Shown here: positions 47,483 to 57,264 of the stretch, one piece after another | Position numbering within the stretch: position 1 is the stretch's first letter | Layout: each line of letters begins with the position of its first letter | Assembly: GCA_021819825.1 (NCBI GenBank) | Contig: JAKAEZ010000011.1 | Location: forward strand, 6,209-70,208 | Reading direction: 5' to 3' | Source of the DNA: Planctomycetota bacterium | Lineage (GTDB): Bacteria > Planctomycetota > Phycisphaerae > WQYP01 | Length of the DNA: 64,000 bases | Translations under genes and position numbers: made by a program | The notes under the pieces: generated by a model | What the model was told of the DNA's origin: nothing | The model's input: the letters and a program-made list of their open reading frames with translations, nothing else | Databases searched by the model: none

Positions 47483-48595
47483 ATGCGTATCAGTCAAGGC
47501 CAAATCTGGCTTAATTTTCCTGTGGTCAACGCCGTGCGGGCGCGTAGCAGCTTTCTGCTGCGACTCGCTGAATCGCTGACCATCACCGGGGCGGCTCTCC
47601 TCGCCTCGGTGATGGTCTTCAGCATCTTCGTGGCTATCATGAAAGTCAATCCGCTGCAGGCCTTGTATGCGATGTATCTCGGGGCCTTCGGCACAAGCTT
47701 CTCCTGGCAGGTCACGCTGGTGAAGGCTTCGCCGCTGCTGCTGACAGGATTATGCACCGCGTTGCCCATGCGCACCGGTCTGATTGTCATCGGCGGAGAA
47801 GGAGCGTTTGTGCTCGGAGGGCTCTTCGCCGCCGAGGCTGCGCACATGGTAATGGGTGCTCCCACAATCATTGTCTGGCTGGTCATGGCCGCAGCCGGAT
47901 GTCTGGTGGGGGGGATCTGGATCATGATCCCGGCGGCGCTGCGCGTATACCGGGGCGTTAACGAAACCATCAGCACGCTGCTGATGAATTACATTGCCAT
48001 CGCCATATTCAATCAGTTGGTTGAAGGGCTTTTTCATGATCCCAATTCCTTGAACAATCCCTCGACGTACAGCATCGGTGATAACAATATGATTGGCGAT
48101 ATCGGTAATTCCCAGGTGCATTGGGGATTGATCGTGGGTATAGGTATTTGTATTCTCGCATGGATACTGGTGCATCACACTACACTGGGCTTTTCAGCGG
48201 ATCTCGCTGGTGGAAATCCCAAGGCCGCCCGGCTTTCAGGCATCCGAATAAACCGTGTGATACTCTGGTTCGCTTTTCTGGGCGGAGCCTGCGCGGGACT
48301 TGCCGGCATGATACAGGTCGCGGCCGTGCAGGAGCGCGCCAATGACGGATTAAATGTTGGTTATGGATATGCGGGAATTCTTGTGGCATTCATGGCCCGA
48401 CAGGATCCCCTGGCCATTATTCCCGTAGCTGTATTACTGGGGGGCGTACATGCCGGGAAAATTCTGCTGGCCACGCAATTGGGGCTGCCGAATTCCGCAG
48501 CATTGGTTTTCCAGGGATTACTGTTTCTGTTTATTCTGGGGGCGGAAACGCTTTATGGTCGTTTTTCGATTTTCCAACCGCGGGTGCGAACATGA
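47483..48595 (+). CDS. ABC transporter permease (BMP/simple-sugar type)
   Basis: It has about 10 TM helices, with TLLMNYIAIA and GYGYAGILVAF typical of this permease family. Confidence 0.8.
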   Translation: MRISQGQIWLNFPVVNAVRARSSFLLRLAESLTITGAALLASVMVFSIFVAIMKVNPLQALYAMYLGAFGTSFSWQVTLVKASPLLLTGLCTALPMRTGLIVIGGEGAFVLGGLFAAEAAHMVMGAPTIIVWLVMAAAGCLVGGIWIMIPAALRVYRGVNETISTLLMNYIAIAIFNQLVEGLFHDPNSLNNPSTYSIGDNNMIGDIGNSQVHWGLIVGIGICILAWILVHHTTLGFSADLAGGNPKAARLSGIRINRVILWFAFLGGACAGLAGMIQVAAVQERANDGLNVGYGYAGILVAFMARQDPLAIIPVAVLLGGVHAGKILLATQLGLPNSAALVFQGLLFLFILGAETLYGRFSIFQPRVRT

Positions 48596-49518
48596 GTCAA
48601 TCACTGGGATATTGGGGTGTACCCCTGGCAGTGCTCGGAGGTATTCTCCGATTAAGCCCGCCTTTTCTTTTTGTGAGCCTGGGTGAATGCCTGACCGAAA
48701 AAAGCGGACGCATCAATCTGGGGCAAGAAGGTACGCTGGTTATGGGGGCCATGAGCGCCTACGGAATTTCATATCTCAGCGGATCGCCGTGGCTGGGAGT
48801 GTTGGCCGCCGGTGCAGTGGGATTTATTCTCGGCAGTATTCATGGCTGGTTCTGTTCACGCCCTCGGGTTAATGATATCGCGCTGGGCATCGCCATGATG
48901 TTTCTGGGAGAGGGTCTGGCTTTTTATCTTGGGCGCGGATTGATTCAGCCCCAGGCGACGCAGTTGGCTTCCGTCAATCTTGGCTGGTGGAGTCATCAGC
49001 CGGAAATTGTCGCGGCGCTGAAAATTAATATTCTGCTTCCGGTGGGCTTGGCGCTGGCCATTATCATGTGGTGGGCGTTTCGGTATACCCGGTGGGGTAT
49101 GGTCGTGCGGTTGGCGGGTGAAAGCACCGATGCCTCGCGTGCCATGGGCTACAGCATTAACACCATTCGATTCCTGGCAACGGCAGTCGGCGGATTTATT
49201 GCCGCCATCGGCGGCGCATTTCTTTCGCTTTATTATCCGGGATCATGGAATGACAACATTTCCAGCGGCCAGGGACTTATGGCCGTGGCGCTGGTGATTT
49301 TTGCGCGATGGAATCCCATTAATTGTATTTACGCCGCTGTGATTTTCGGCGGTGCCAAAGCGATTGGACCGGCGTTACAGGCCGCCGGTTACAGCTCCTA
49401 TACTTATCTGATGAACGCGGCACCGTATGTCCTGACGATGGTGATAATGATCATTACCTGTTCACGCACCAGAGCGTGGGTTGGCGCGCCGGCGGAACTG
49501 GGAGCGAGCTTGAGATGA
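48592..49518 (+). CDS. ABC transporter permease (second subunit)
   Basis: It is polytopic, with GECLTEKSGRINLGQEGTLVMGA. Both of its junctions are ATGA overlaps. Confidence 0.8.
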   Translation: MSQSLGYWGVPLAVLGGILRLSPPFLFVSLGECLTEKSGRINLGQEGTLVMGAMSAYGISYLSGSPWLGVLAAGAVGFILGSIHGWFCSRPRVNDIALGIAMMFLGEGLAFYLGRGLIQPQATQLASVNLGWWSHQPEIVAALKINILLPVGLALAIIMWWAFRYTRWGMVVRLAGESTDASRAMGYSINTIRFLATAVGGFIAAIGGAFLSLYYPGSWNDNISSGQGLMAVALVIFARWNPINCIYAAVIFGGAKAIGPALQAAGYSSYTYLMNAAPYVLTMVIMIITCSRTRAWVGAPAELGASLR

Positions 49519-50222
49519 CAAAAATGACTGATCCAAAAAAAACGTATCCGAAAGTTGACGCGCAATTATACGCGTGGCCGTTTGACGGCGACTTGCGAGC
49601 CGCCAATACCGCCCTGATGATCATTGATATGCAGCATGATTTTTGCAGTCCCGGCGGTTTTATTGATCGGTTGGGCCTGCCGGTGGCCGGTACGCGGGCC
49701 ATAATTCCAAGCGTGGCGCGCGTGCTTGCGGCCATGCGGGCGGAGGGTTTTCATATTATCCACACGCGCGAAGGACACCGCCGGGACGGGACGGATGTAC
49801 CGGCTAACAAGGCCTGGCGTCTGGCGCGGGCTGGTGTGCCGATCGGGGCGGCACCGGGGCCTTGCGGTATGGTGCTTACACGCGGTGAACCGGGTTGGGA
49901 AATTGTTCCGGAATTAGCGCCATGGCCTGATGAGCCGGTGATTGATAAACCGGGCAAAGGGGCATTCTACGCCACTGATCTGGAACTCCTGTTGCGGACA
50001 CGTAATATTCGTAATCTTGTTTTTACGGGTGTCACAACCGATGTGTGTGTCCATACAACCTTGCGCGAGGCCAATGATCGGGGTTATGAATGCCTGCTGC
50101 TTGAGGACTGTTGTGCCGCGATAAACCCGGCTAGCCATGACATGTCCGTTTGGCAGGTGCGGGTGGGAGCGATTTTTGGCGTTGTGGCAAAGTCCGGAGA
50201 ATTATTGAGGGCCATTGCATGA
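49515..50222 (+). CDS. Isochorismatase-like cysteine hydrolase, paralogue 1 (BiuH/TrtA/RutB-like)
   Basis: The Asp/Lys/Cys triad contexts are present: [33 protein letters not shown]. It also has IIHTREGH. The start is ATG 49515 inside the longer track ORF. Confidence 0.8.
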   Translation: MTKMTDPKKTYPKVDAQLYAWPFDGDLRAANTALMIIDMQHDFCSPGGFIDRLGLPVAGTRAIIPSVARVLAAMRAEGFHIIHTREGHRRDGTDVPANKAWRLARAGVPIGAAPGPCGMVLTRGEPGWEIVPELAPWPDEPVIDKPGKGAFYATDLELLLRTRNIRNLVFTGVTTDVCVHTTLREANDRGYECLLLEDCCAAINPASHDMSVWQVRVGAIFGVVAKSGELLRAIA

Positions 50223-50920
50223 ACCAGACATCTGTAAGGCAAGGCACCATGATGGCTTCGGCACCCTATCCGTGGCCCTACGACGGTGATTTTCGCCGCG
50301 AAAATACGGCGCTATTTATTATTGACATGCAGACGGATTTCTGCGGTAAAGGTGGGTATATTGATCTGCTGGGATATGACATTTCCATAACCCGCGCCTG
50401 TATTGAACCCATTGGTCGATTGCTGTCAGCCATGCGCGCGGCTGGTTTTCATATTATTCACACACGGGAGGGGCATCGAGCGGATTTATCTGATCTTCCA
50501 GCCAATAAGCGCTGGCGGTCGCGCCAGGGCCATGCCGGAATTGGTGATCCGGGGCCGTGCGGACGCGTGCTGGTCCGCGGTGAACCGGGCTGGGAGATTG
50601 TCCCGGAATTAGCGCCGCTTCCCGGTGAGCCAATTATCGACAAGCCGGGAAAAGGATCGTTTTACGGCACTGACCTGGACATGATTTTGCGGCAGCGCGG
50701 TATACGAAACATTATTCTCACCGGCATTACCACGGATGTATGCGTGCATACGACCATGAGGGAAGCCAATGACCGCGGTTATGAATGCGTGCTTTTAAGC
50801 GATTGTTGCGCCGCCACGGATCCCGCTAATCACCTGGCCGCAATGAATATGATCAAAATGCAGAACGGCGTTTTCGGTGCTGTGGGGACATCCTTACAAC
50901 TGATGGAGATAATCCAATGA
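50219..50920 (+). CDS. Isochorismatase-like cysteine hydrolase, paralogue 2
   Basis: It has [22 protein letters not shown] and [11 protein letters not shown]. By eye it is roughly 60% identical to paralogue 1. Confidence 0.8.
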   Translation: MNQTSVRQGTMMASAPYPWPYDGDFRRENTALFIIDMQTDFCGKGGYIDLLGYDISITRACIEPIGRLLSAMRAAGFHIIHTREGHRADLSDLPANKRWRSRQGHAGIGDPGPCGRVLVRGEPGWEIVPELAPLPGEPIIDKPGKGSFYGTDLDMILRQRGIRNIILTGITTDVCVHTTMREANDRGYECVLLSDCCAATDPANHLAAMNMIKMQNGVFGAVGTSLQLMEIIQ

Positions 50921-52482
50921 GTCCTGGACGAATCGAAGTAACCAGACATGGAGCGCCGGGGCTGGAAGTTATCGGCATGAGTAAGCGCTTCGGCTCGCTG
51001 AAGGCTCTGGATAATGTGAGCCTGAAAGTCCAACCCGGGACGATCCATGCGCTCCTGGGCGGCAATGGTGCCGGAAAAAGCACGCTGGTTAAATGTGTCA
51101 TGGGCTTTTATCACGCTGATGAAGGCGCTATTGTTCTGGGACCCAAGCAGGTCACCGTCAAAGACCCGCGCGAGGCGCGGGAACTGGGAATGGGTATGGT
51201 GTATCAGCATTTTACGCTGGTGCAGAATATGACCGTCCTGGAGAATCTGGTTCTTTCGCGCGGCACGGTTCCGGGCGTTATCAAGTGGCGGCAGGAGCGG
51301 CAGGAAGTAGAGCATTTCATGGCCACAACGCCTTTTAAGCTCAGTACCGACATTAAAATCAGCAGTCTTTCCGCCGGTGAAAAGCAGAAATTGGAAATTC
51401 TCAAGCAGTTGTATCTGAATACCAAGTTGCTGTTTCTGGATGAGCCGACCTCCTCACTTACGCCCGGCGAAACCGAAGAGGTGCTGGGAATGTTGCAGGC
51501 CATGGTCAGGCGTGGAGAATTAACCATTGTGCTTATTACGCATCGGTTCCGCGAAGTCATGCGATTCGCCGATGCCTGCACCATCTTACGCAACGGCAAA
51601 TTCGTCGGCACCGGACTGGTGGCGGAATTGGATCAACAGCGCATGTCGGACTGGATGATCGGCTCAGATCAGGTTATCCAGACCGCGGCACGTAAAGACA
51701 TTCCCAGCGGCTCGATCAAACTTGAATTGCGTGATTTACAGGCCCGGAGTGATTCCGGGGTGCCGGTGTTGGAAAAACTCAATGTTTCGGTGCGCGGCGG
51801 CGAAATTGTGGGTATTGCCGGAGTCTCCGGCAACGGTCAGAAAGCGCTTATTGAAGTCATTGCCGGACAAAGACCACTTACCGCCGGGCAGATTCTCGTG
51901 CGGGATCAGCCGTATCGGGGGACACGCAGAGAAATTCAATTCCACCGTCTGAACTGCCTGCCTGAAGAACCACTGCACAACACGTGTGTGGGGCACATGA
52001 GCGTGACCAGAAATATGGCGATGCGGAAATTTGATCAGAAACCCAACCGTATGTTCGGCTTCTTCCTGCACAACGGTCGGTTACGCCGTCACGCGTTGGA
52101 TCTGATCAGGCGTTACAATGTTAAAACGCCATCCCCGGAATCCCCCATTCGCAATCTTTCGGGAGGCAATATTCAGCGGGCGGTCCTGGCACGGGAGTTG
52201 TGCGAACCCAGCGAGGTTCTGATTACCGCCAATCCCTGTTATGGCTTGGATTTTCATGCCACCGCTGATATTCGTTCGCAAATTATGGAAGCCCGTAACC
52301 ACGGAGCCGCAGTTCTGCTGATCAGCGAGGATCTTGATGAAATTCTGGAACTGGCCGATCGTATATTCGTTATTTTTGAAGGGAAGTTGATTTATGAAAC
52401 TTCCGCGGCCGCCGCGGATATTTCACACATTGGTCAAGCCATGGCCGGGCATTCATCGGCTGAAGAACTGGTGCACGCATGA
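50917..52482 (+). CDS. ABC transporter ATP-binding protein with two nucleotide-binding domains
   Basis: It has GGNGAGKST (Walker A1), [26 protein letters not shown] (A2), LSGGNIQR and LLISEDLDE. Confidence 0.9.
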   Translation: MSPGRIEVTRHGAPGLEVIGMSKRFGSLKALDNVSLKVQPGTIHALLGGNGAGKSTLVKCVMGFYHADEGAIVLGPKQVTVKDPREARELGMGMVYQHFTLVQNMTVLENLVLSRGTVPGVIKWRQERQEVEHFMATTPFKLSTDIKISSLSAGEKQKLEILKQLYLNTKLLFLDEPTSSLTPGETEEVLGMLQAMVRRGELTIVLITHRFREVMRFADACTILRNGKFVGTGLVAELDQQRMSDWMIGSDQVIQTAARKDIPSGSIKLELRDLQARSDSGVPVLEKLNVSVRGGEIVGIAGVSGNGQKALIEVIAGQRPLTAGQILVRDQPYRGTRREIQFHRLNCLPEEPLHNTCVGHMSVTRNMAMRKFDQKPNRMFGFFLHNGRLRRHALDLIRRYNVKTPSPESPIRNLSGGNIQRAVLARELCEPSEVLITANPCYGLDFHATADIRSQIMEARNHGAAVLLISEDLDEILELADRIFVIFEGKLIYETSAAAADISHIGQAMAGHSSAEELVHA

Positions 52483-53159
52483 AAACTGTTGACGCCCAAC
52501 CGTTTCCCTATGAACTGCCGGAACAGGGAGTAGCGCTGATCGTGATTGATATGCAGCGGGACTTTATTGAACCGGGCGGTTTTGGCTCCATGCTGGGCAA
52601 TGACGTTCGCCCGCTGGCGGCCATTGTTCCGGCGGTGCATAAGTTGATCGCCGCTTTTCGTCGCCGGGCCTGGCCGATTATTCATACGCGCGAAGGACAT
52701 CAGAGCGATTTGTCTGATTGTCCGCGGGCCAAACGTTATCGCGGATTTCCGAAACTGCGCATCGGAGATGTCGGCCCCATGGGCCGAATTCTAATTGATG
52801 GACAACCCGGCAATGAAATTGTCGCGGAACTGGCACCGGCCCCGGGAGAATACCAGATCGTCAAACCCGGCAAAGGCGCCTTTTATAAAACCGATCTCTC
52901 GGCGATTCTCGCTGACCTGAAGACCACACATCTGGTTTTTGCGGGTGTTACAACCGAAGTTTGCGTGCAGACTTCCATGCGTGAAGCCAACGATCGCGGC
53001 TATTACTGTTTATTAATCGAGGATTGCACCGCCAGCTATTTTCCCGCATTTCGGCAATCCGCACTGGATATGATCCGGGCCCAGGGGGCCATTGTTGGTT
53101 GGACCGCAACATTAAAAAGTTTCCTGCAATCGGTAGAGGATAATCGCGCCTATGCCTGA
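52479..53159 (+). CDS. Isochorismatase-like cysteine hydrolase, paralogue 3 (more divergent)
   Basis: It has [32 protein letters not shown] and IIHTREGH. Confidence 0.8.
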   Translation: MKTVDAQPFPYELPEQGVALIVIDMQRDFIEPGGFGSMLGNDVRPLAAIVPAVHKLIAAFRRRAWPIIHTREGHQSDLSDCPRAKRYRGFPKLRIGDVGPMGRILIDGQPGNEIVAELAPAPGEYQIVKPGKGAFYKTDLSAILADLKTTHLVFAGVTTEVCVQTSMREANDRGYYCLLIEDCTASYFPAFRQSALDMIRAQGAIVGWTATLKSFLQSVEDNRAYA

Positions 53160-53505
53160 AGAAACACCCTTGGTACTGTGCAATTTGTTCGGCCCGGATG
53201 TTGACCTGGATCGCTTCGCCTGGCAGCCGTTCAAAGAAGGAGTTGAGATTTTTCGCATCTATGGCGACGGTAAATCAGGTGCCGCGGCCGCGCTTTTGCG
53301 CTATCAGCCCGGAGCAAGTGTACCTCTGCATGAGCATCCCGATTATGAGCTGGTGCTGATCCTCCGGCAGGGACAGCGTGACGCGCGTGGGGGTTATGAG
53401 GCCGGCACGTTACTGGTAAGTCCGCCGGGCAGCCGCCATGAAATACGCAGTCCGGGAGGGTGCGTGGTGCTGATTGTCTGGAACCAGCCCGTGAAGTTTA
53501 TTTAA
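53152..53505 (+). CDS. Small cupin-domain protein (ChrR-like cupin)
   Basis: At 117 aa it carries the motifs [18 protein letters not shown] and PPGSRHEI. It overlaps the upstream gene by 8 nt. Confidence 0.5.
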   Translation: MPEETPLVLCNLFGPDVDLDRFAWQPFKEGVEIFRIYGDGKSGAAAALLRYQPGASVPLHEHPDYELVLILRQGQRDARGGYEAGTLLVSPPGSRHEIRSPGGCVVLIVWNQPVKFI

Positions 53506-53585
53506 TATGGTAGAATTTCAAATGGGCCCCGGTGTTTGGCGGCAGCAGGGCGACGGCATCATTGATTTGCGGGAAACATGGAATC

Positions 53586-55472
53586 ATGGCAGAGGATTTG
53601 CAACGGCTGGCTTTTACGCTCGATTCAATTACCGAAGCGTACAGGCAAAAAACGTATACGGTCACGCAGGTAATTGAAGAATCGTTGCGCCGTCTTGCGC
53701 TGTCGCCGGAGGGCGTCTGGATTTCCGCCACAGAACGTCATGTGCTAATGCGCCGGGCCGCGGATGCGGACACTTGGCTCTCCACCGAGCCTGACGTTCT
53801 AAGCCGCCTGCCGCTTCTGGGAATTCCGTACGCGGTGAAAGATAATATCGATGTTGCCGGTCTGCCTACCACCGCCGCCTGCCCGGCGTTTTCTAATATG
53901 CCCCCGGAAAGTTCCCCTGTGGTCAGGCTGCTGGATCAGGCCGGCGCAATATGTATGGGCAAAAACAATATGGACCAGTTCGCCACGGGGCTGGTCGGCG
54001 TGCGATCCGCGTTTGGCCCCTGTCCCAACGCGCTGAACTCTGAATATATTTCAGGCGGTTCAAGTTCCGGATCCGCAGTGGCCGTGGCGCTAAACCAGGT
54101 GAGTTTTTCACTGGGGACCGACACCGCGGGATCGGGGCGCATTCCGGCGGCCCTGAATAATATCATCGGCTTTAAACCCACACGCGGGCTGCTTAGCACG
54201 CGCGGCGTGGTGCCGGCATGCCGCTCTCTTGATTGTGTATCAGTCTTCTCGCTGCTGGCCGCCGATGCGTGGCGGGTTTTTACGGTTCTGCGGCAACCGG
54301 ATGGCGCGGACGAGTTTTCAATTGCCAATCCACCCGCTCTCCAGGCACCGGCTCCGCTGCCGCCCGCGTTTGTGGTGGGCGTGCCGCAACGTAATAAGCT
54401 CGAATTTTTCGGCGATTCGGAGGCGGCTGAACTATTCCAGAATGCGGTCAAGAGAATTATCGCGCTGGGCGGCAAGGTGGTGGAAATTGATTTTACCCCC
54501 TTTCAGGAGGCAGGTGAACTGCTCTATAACGGCCCCTGGATCGTAGAGCGTTATGCCGGACTCCAAGCGTTTGTGGTGTCTCATCCCGGCGAGTGCCTGC
54601 CGATTATCGAACAGATTTTTTCCGCTTCCCGCAATTATTCCGCGGAAGATGTATTTGCCGCTTTACATCGGCTGCGAAAGCTGCTCATGCAAACGCGGCA
54701 AACCTGGAAAAATATTCAGGCTCTGGTGTTGCCCACAGCCCCCACGATCTATCGACGTTCTGAGATTCACGCCGATCCGATCCGCCTGAATACTCAATTG
54801 GGGTATTACACCCGCTTTGCCAATCTTCTGGATTGCTGTGCCGTGTGCGTGCCGGCCGCAATTCGTTCCGACGGACTGCCTTTTGGAATTTCGTTTGTCG
54901 CGCCGGCCTTTCATGAGCATGAGTTAATTGCTCTGGCGGGCCGCTTCCACAGCGACGCACAACTGCCACTGGGAGCCACGGGGCACCGTGTTGCCGCCCC
55001 TCCCGGCGCGATTGAATCGGCACCGGATGAGCACGGAATTGATTTGGCGGTGGTCGGTGCCCATCTTTCTGGTCAACCGCTGAACCATCAGCTTATCCAG
55101 GTCCATGCCCGCTTTGTACGTGAAGCTCGCACCGCGCGTTGTTACCGCCTTTCCTGTCTCGCCAACAGCAAGCCCGCAAAACCTGGATTGCTGCGCGTCA
55201 CCGGCGACGGGGGAGCCATTCGTTTGGAGATATGGCGAATTCCCCGCCGCAACTTCGGTGATTTTCTGGCACTGGTGCCGGCACCCTTATGTATCGGGAC
55301 TATTGAACTGGACGACGGCACCAGCGTTAAAGGCTTTTTATGTGAATCCATCGCGCTGGAGCAGGCGCGGGATATAACCGCCTTCGGCGGCTGGAGAGAG
55401 TTTTTGATTGAAGATCGGGGCGAAGCGGGGTATAACGCTGCCTATGACAGCTTCACACAGCGGGAAAGTTAG
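53586..55472 (+). CDS. atzF: Allophanate hydrolase (amidase-signature domain plus AH-specific C-terminal domain)
   Basis: It has YAVKDNIDVAG (catalytic Lys), GGSSSGSAVAVA (Ser-cisSer), and a C-terminal LAVVGAHLSGQPLNHQL...KPGLLRV...LEIWRIP...FGDFLALVPAPLCIGTIELDDGTSVKGFLCE typical of allophanate hydrolases. Confidence 0.8.
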   Translation: MAEDLQRLAFTLDSITEAYRQKTYTVTQVIEESLRRLALSPEGVWISATERHVLMRRAADADTWLSTEPDVLSRLPLLGIPYAVKDNIDVAGLPTTAACPAFSNMPPESSPVVRLLDQAGAICMGKNNMDQFATGLVGVRSAFGPCPNALNSEYISGGSSSGSAVAVALNQVSFSLGTDTAGSGRIPAALNNIIGFKPTRGLLSTRGVVPACRSLDCVSVFSLLAADAWRVFTVLRQPDGADEFSIANPPALQAPAPLPPAFVVGVPQRNKLEFFGDSEAAELFQNAVKRIIALGGKVVEIDFTPFQEAGELLYNGPWIVERYAGLQAFVVSHPGECLPIIEQIFSASRNYSAEDVFAALHRLRKLLMQTRQTWKNIQALVLPTAPTIYRRSEIHADPIRLNTQLGYYTRFANLLDCCAVCVPAAIRSDGLPFGISFVAPAFHEHELIALAGRFHSDAQLPLGATGHRVAAPPGAIESAPDEHGIDLAVVGAHLSGQPLNHQLIQVHARFVREARTARCYRLSCLANSKPAKPGLLRVTGDGGAIRLEIWRIPRRNFGDFLALVPAPLCIGTIELDDGTSVKGFLCESIALEQARDITAFGGWREFLIEDRGEAGYNAAYDSFTQRES

Positions 55473-56313
55473 CCCACGGCATACATTTTGTACCGGCTAT
55501 TATCGTGAGCCGTTTCTAACGCTATGTTCAAACCTTCCCGATGCTACGGCGTATTCGCCGAAAGATTTCTATGTGGAATGGGGGCCGGTGTTTCATCGCG
55601 GACGTCTGGATGGCACAGCGCGCGTGTTGATTCTGGGAATGGTTCCAACCCAGCTTGAACTTATTGCCCGCCGAATTCTTATGGGCGAGGCCGGCCAGCG
55701 CGTGCAGGGATTTCTGGCCAAGCTCGGGCTGGAAAGAAGCTATGTAATGCTCAATACCTTCATCTACAGCATCGCCAACAGCAAGGCACCGGGAGCCTAT
55801 CAGGATCACCCGGTCATATCCGGTTATCGCCATGCCTGGATTGATGCTTTGGTCACTGCGGATATTGATGCGGTGGTCGGTTTGGGGGCGCGGGCTGATG
55901 CCGCATTTGCCGCCTGGCGACAAACCCCCAACGGGAAATCGTTTTCCGGAGCGTATGTTAATATCGTGCATCCGACACAGCCCGAAAGCGCGGCACACGG
56001 CGATCCGGCGCGACTGGCTGCGGCCACTGCGGCATTACTTGATAACTGGAATGGGGGGCTGGCGTTGCTGCATAAAACAATCCGAATTCCGGATCATGAT
56101 GTAAAACTGACCCCCTATCGGAGTGGATTCACTCCGGATGATTTGCGGCCGGTTCCGTTGTTTGACCTTCCGGTTGCCACACCCGCGTGGATGGGCCAGG
56201 CAACGTCATGGGCTACTCGGCCGAGCGGCGATCGTATGGAGAAACGGGCCAGCATTATTGTTTGCCCGCCGGAAAGCGTCTACCGGCAATTCGGTATCGC
56301 AGATTCCCGATAA
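55444..56313 (+). CDS. Uracil-DNA-glycosylase-superfamily fold protein with non-canonical motifs
   Basis: LILGMVPTQLELIARRILMGEAGQRVQGFLAKLGLERSYVMLNTFIYS parallels the family-4 UDG layout (GEAPG..E...G.PF.G.AG..L...L..GL.....Y.TN), and IVHPTQP parallels HPS. The start is uncertain (55408 or 55444). Confidence 0.4.
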   Translation: MTASHSGKVSPRHTFCTGYYREPFLTLCSNLPDATAYSPKDFYVEWGPVFHRGRLDGTARVLILGMVPTQLELIARRILMGEAGQRVQGFLAKLGLERSYVMLNTFIYSIANSKAPGAYQDHPVISGYRHAWIDALVTADIDAVVGLGARADAAFAAWRQTPNGKSFSGAYVNIVHPTQPESAAHGDPARLAAATAALLDNWNGGLALLHKTIRIPDHDVKLTPYRSGFTPDDLRPVPLFDLPVATPAWMGQATSWATRPSGDRMEKRASIIVCPPESVYRQFGIADSR

Positions 56314-56320
56314 TGTTTGT

Positions 56321-56968
56321 TTATTGGGCCGCAGCGCGGATCGTGGGATCCTCCTTTGGATCAGCAGCAATTGCTTTGAGTTCCGCTGCGGCCTGCGGCC
56401 CGCCCAATGCCTTTAATGCGACGACCGCCGCGCTCCGCACGCTTGGTAGAAAAAAATGATCGGCATTATGCAGAATGTTTATCAGCGGAACAATCGCCCG
56501 CGCGTCTTTTCGGGTGCCTAGCGCCTTGATGGCTTCCTCACTGACTTCGGCCATTGTATCGCGGGTTGCGGTGATCAGAGCCTCCAATGCCCGCGGATCG
56601 GTAATAGCTCCAAGACTTTTAATGGCCGCCACCCGTACGACTGTATGAAAATAGTGATCGTCATTGCGGGCCACTTCAATAAGTACGTCCACGGCCGCGG
56701 GGTCGCCGCAGACGCCCATTGCCATCACGGCATCACTGGCTTTATCTGCCGACCGATCTCGAACGGCGATCAATAATTCTGCAAAAGACACCTTGGCTTC
56801 GCGTGCCGTGGATCGGTTCGCCGCCGCTGCCACGGCGGTTCCCGGCAGCACGGCCGCGGGAGCTTCCCGAGTTGGAGCAGGCTTCTGCGCCGGCTCTGCT
56901 GCCGGCGCTGTCGAGACCTGTTTCAGTGTTTGCGGTTTGTTTCTTGATTTTTTTCTGAAGTTAAACAT
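56321..56968 (-). CDS. HEAT-repeat (PBS-lyase-type) protein with a basic, Ala/Pro-rich N-terminus
   Basis: It has repeats of ..AAI.ALG...D..A...LI....D. The start is set at ATG 56968 (MFNFRKK). The track ORF extends to 57139. Confidence 0.6.
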   Translation of the reverse strand: MFNFRKKSRNKPQTLKQVSTAPAAEPAQKPAPTREAPAAVLPGTAVAAAANRSTAREAKVSFAELLIAVRDRSADKASDAVMAMGVCGDPAAVDVLIEVARNDDHYFHTVVRVAAIKSLGAITDPRALEALITATRDTMAEVSEEAIKALGTRKDARAIVPLINILHNADHFFLPSVRSAAVVALKALGGPQAAAELKAIAADPKEDPTIRAAAQ

Positions 56969-57264
56969 GCCATATTCTCTCTGTTCAAGGGATAAAATCC
57001 TACCGGCATCCGAGTTGGGCGGACGCTGATTCCACAATGAATACTCTAGCAAATTCAACATCCACAAACAAATCATCTGCGTAAAAAAAAAGATAAAATC
57101 ACCCATGATCGCGTCTGTCTGGCTGCGTCTGTTTGACAAATGCGGCAGTTTGCATGGATCATATCTTGGTCAATGGCCTAATCATCGTACGCCACCGTGA
57201 TTAGACCGGCGACTGCTTCCGGGGTGTCGCGCCACGACATTTTTTGTATTTTAGGAGTTCATGT

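Noticed and set aside
49323-49514. The N-terminal 64 codons of track ORF 49323-50222, along with similar upstream extensions of ORFs 50150, 53532, 27738, 20108, 56321-57139 and 16696.
   Set aside because: These extensions overlap the preceding gene or lack conservation. Internal ATGs coincide with stop/start overlaps or an RBS and with the points where family similarity begins.
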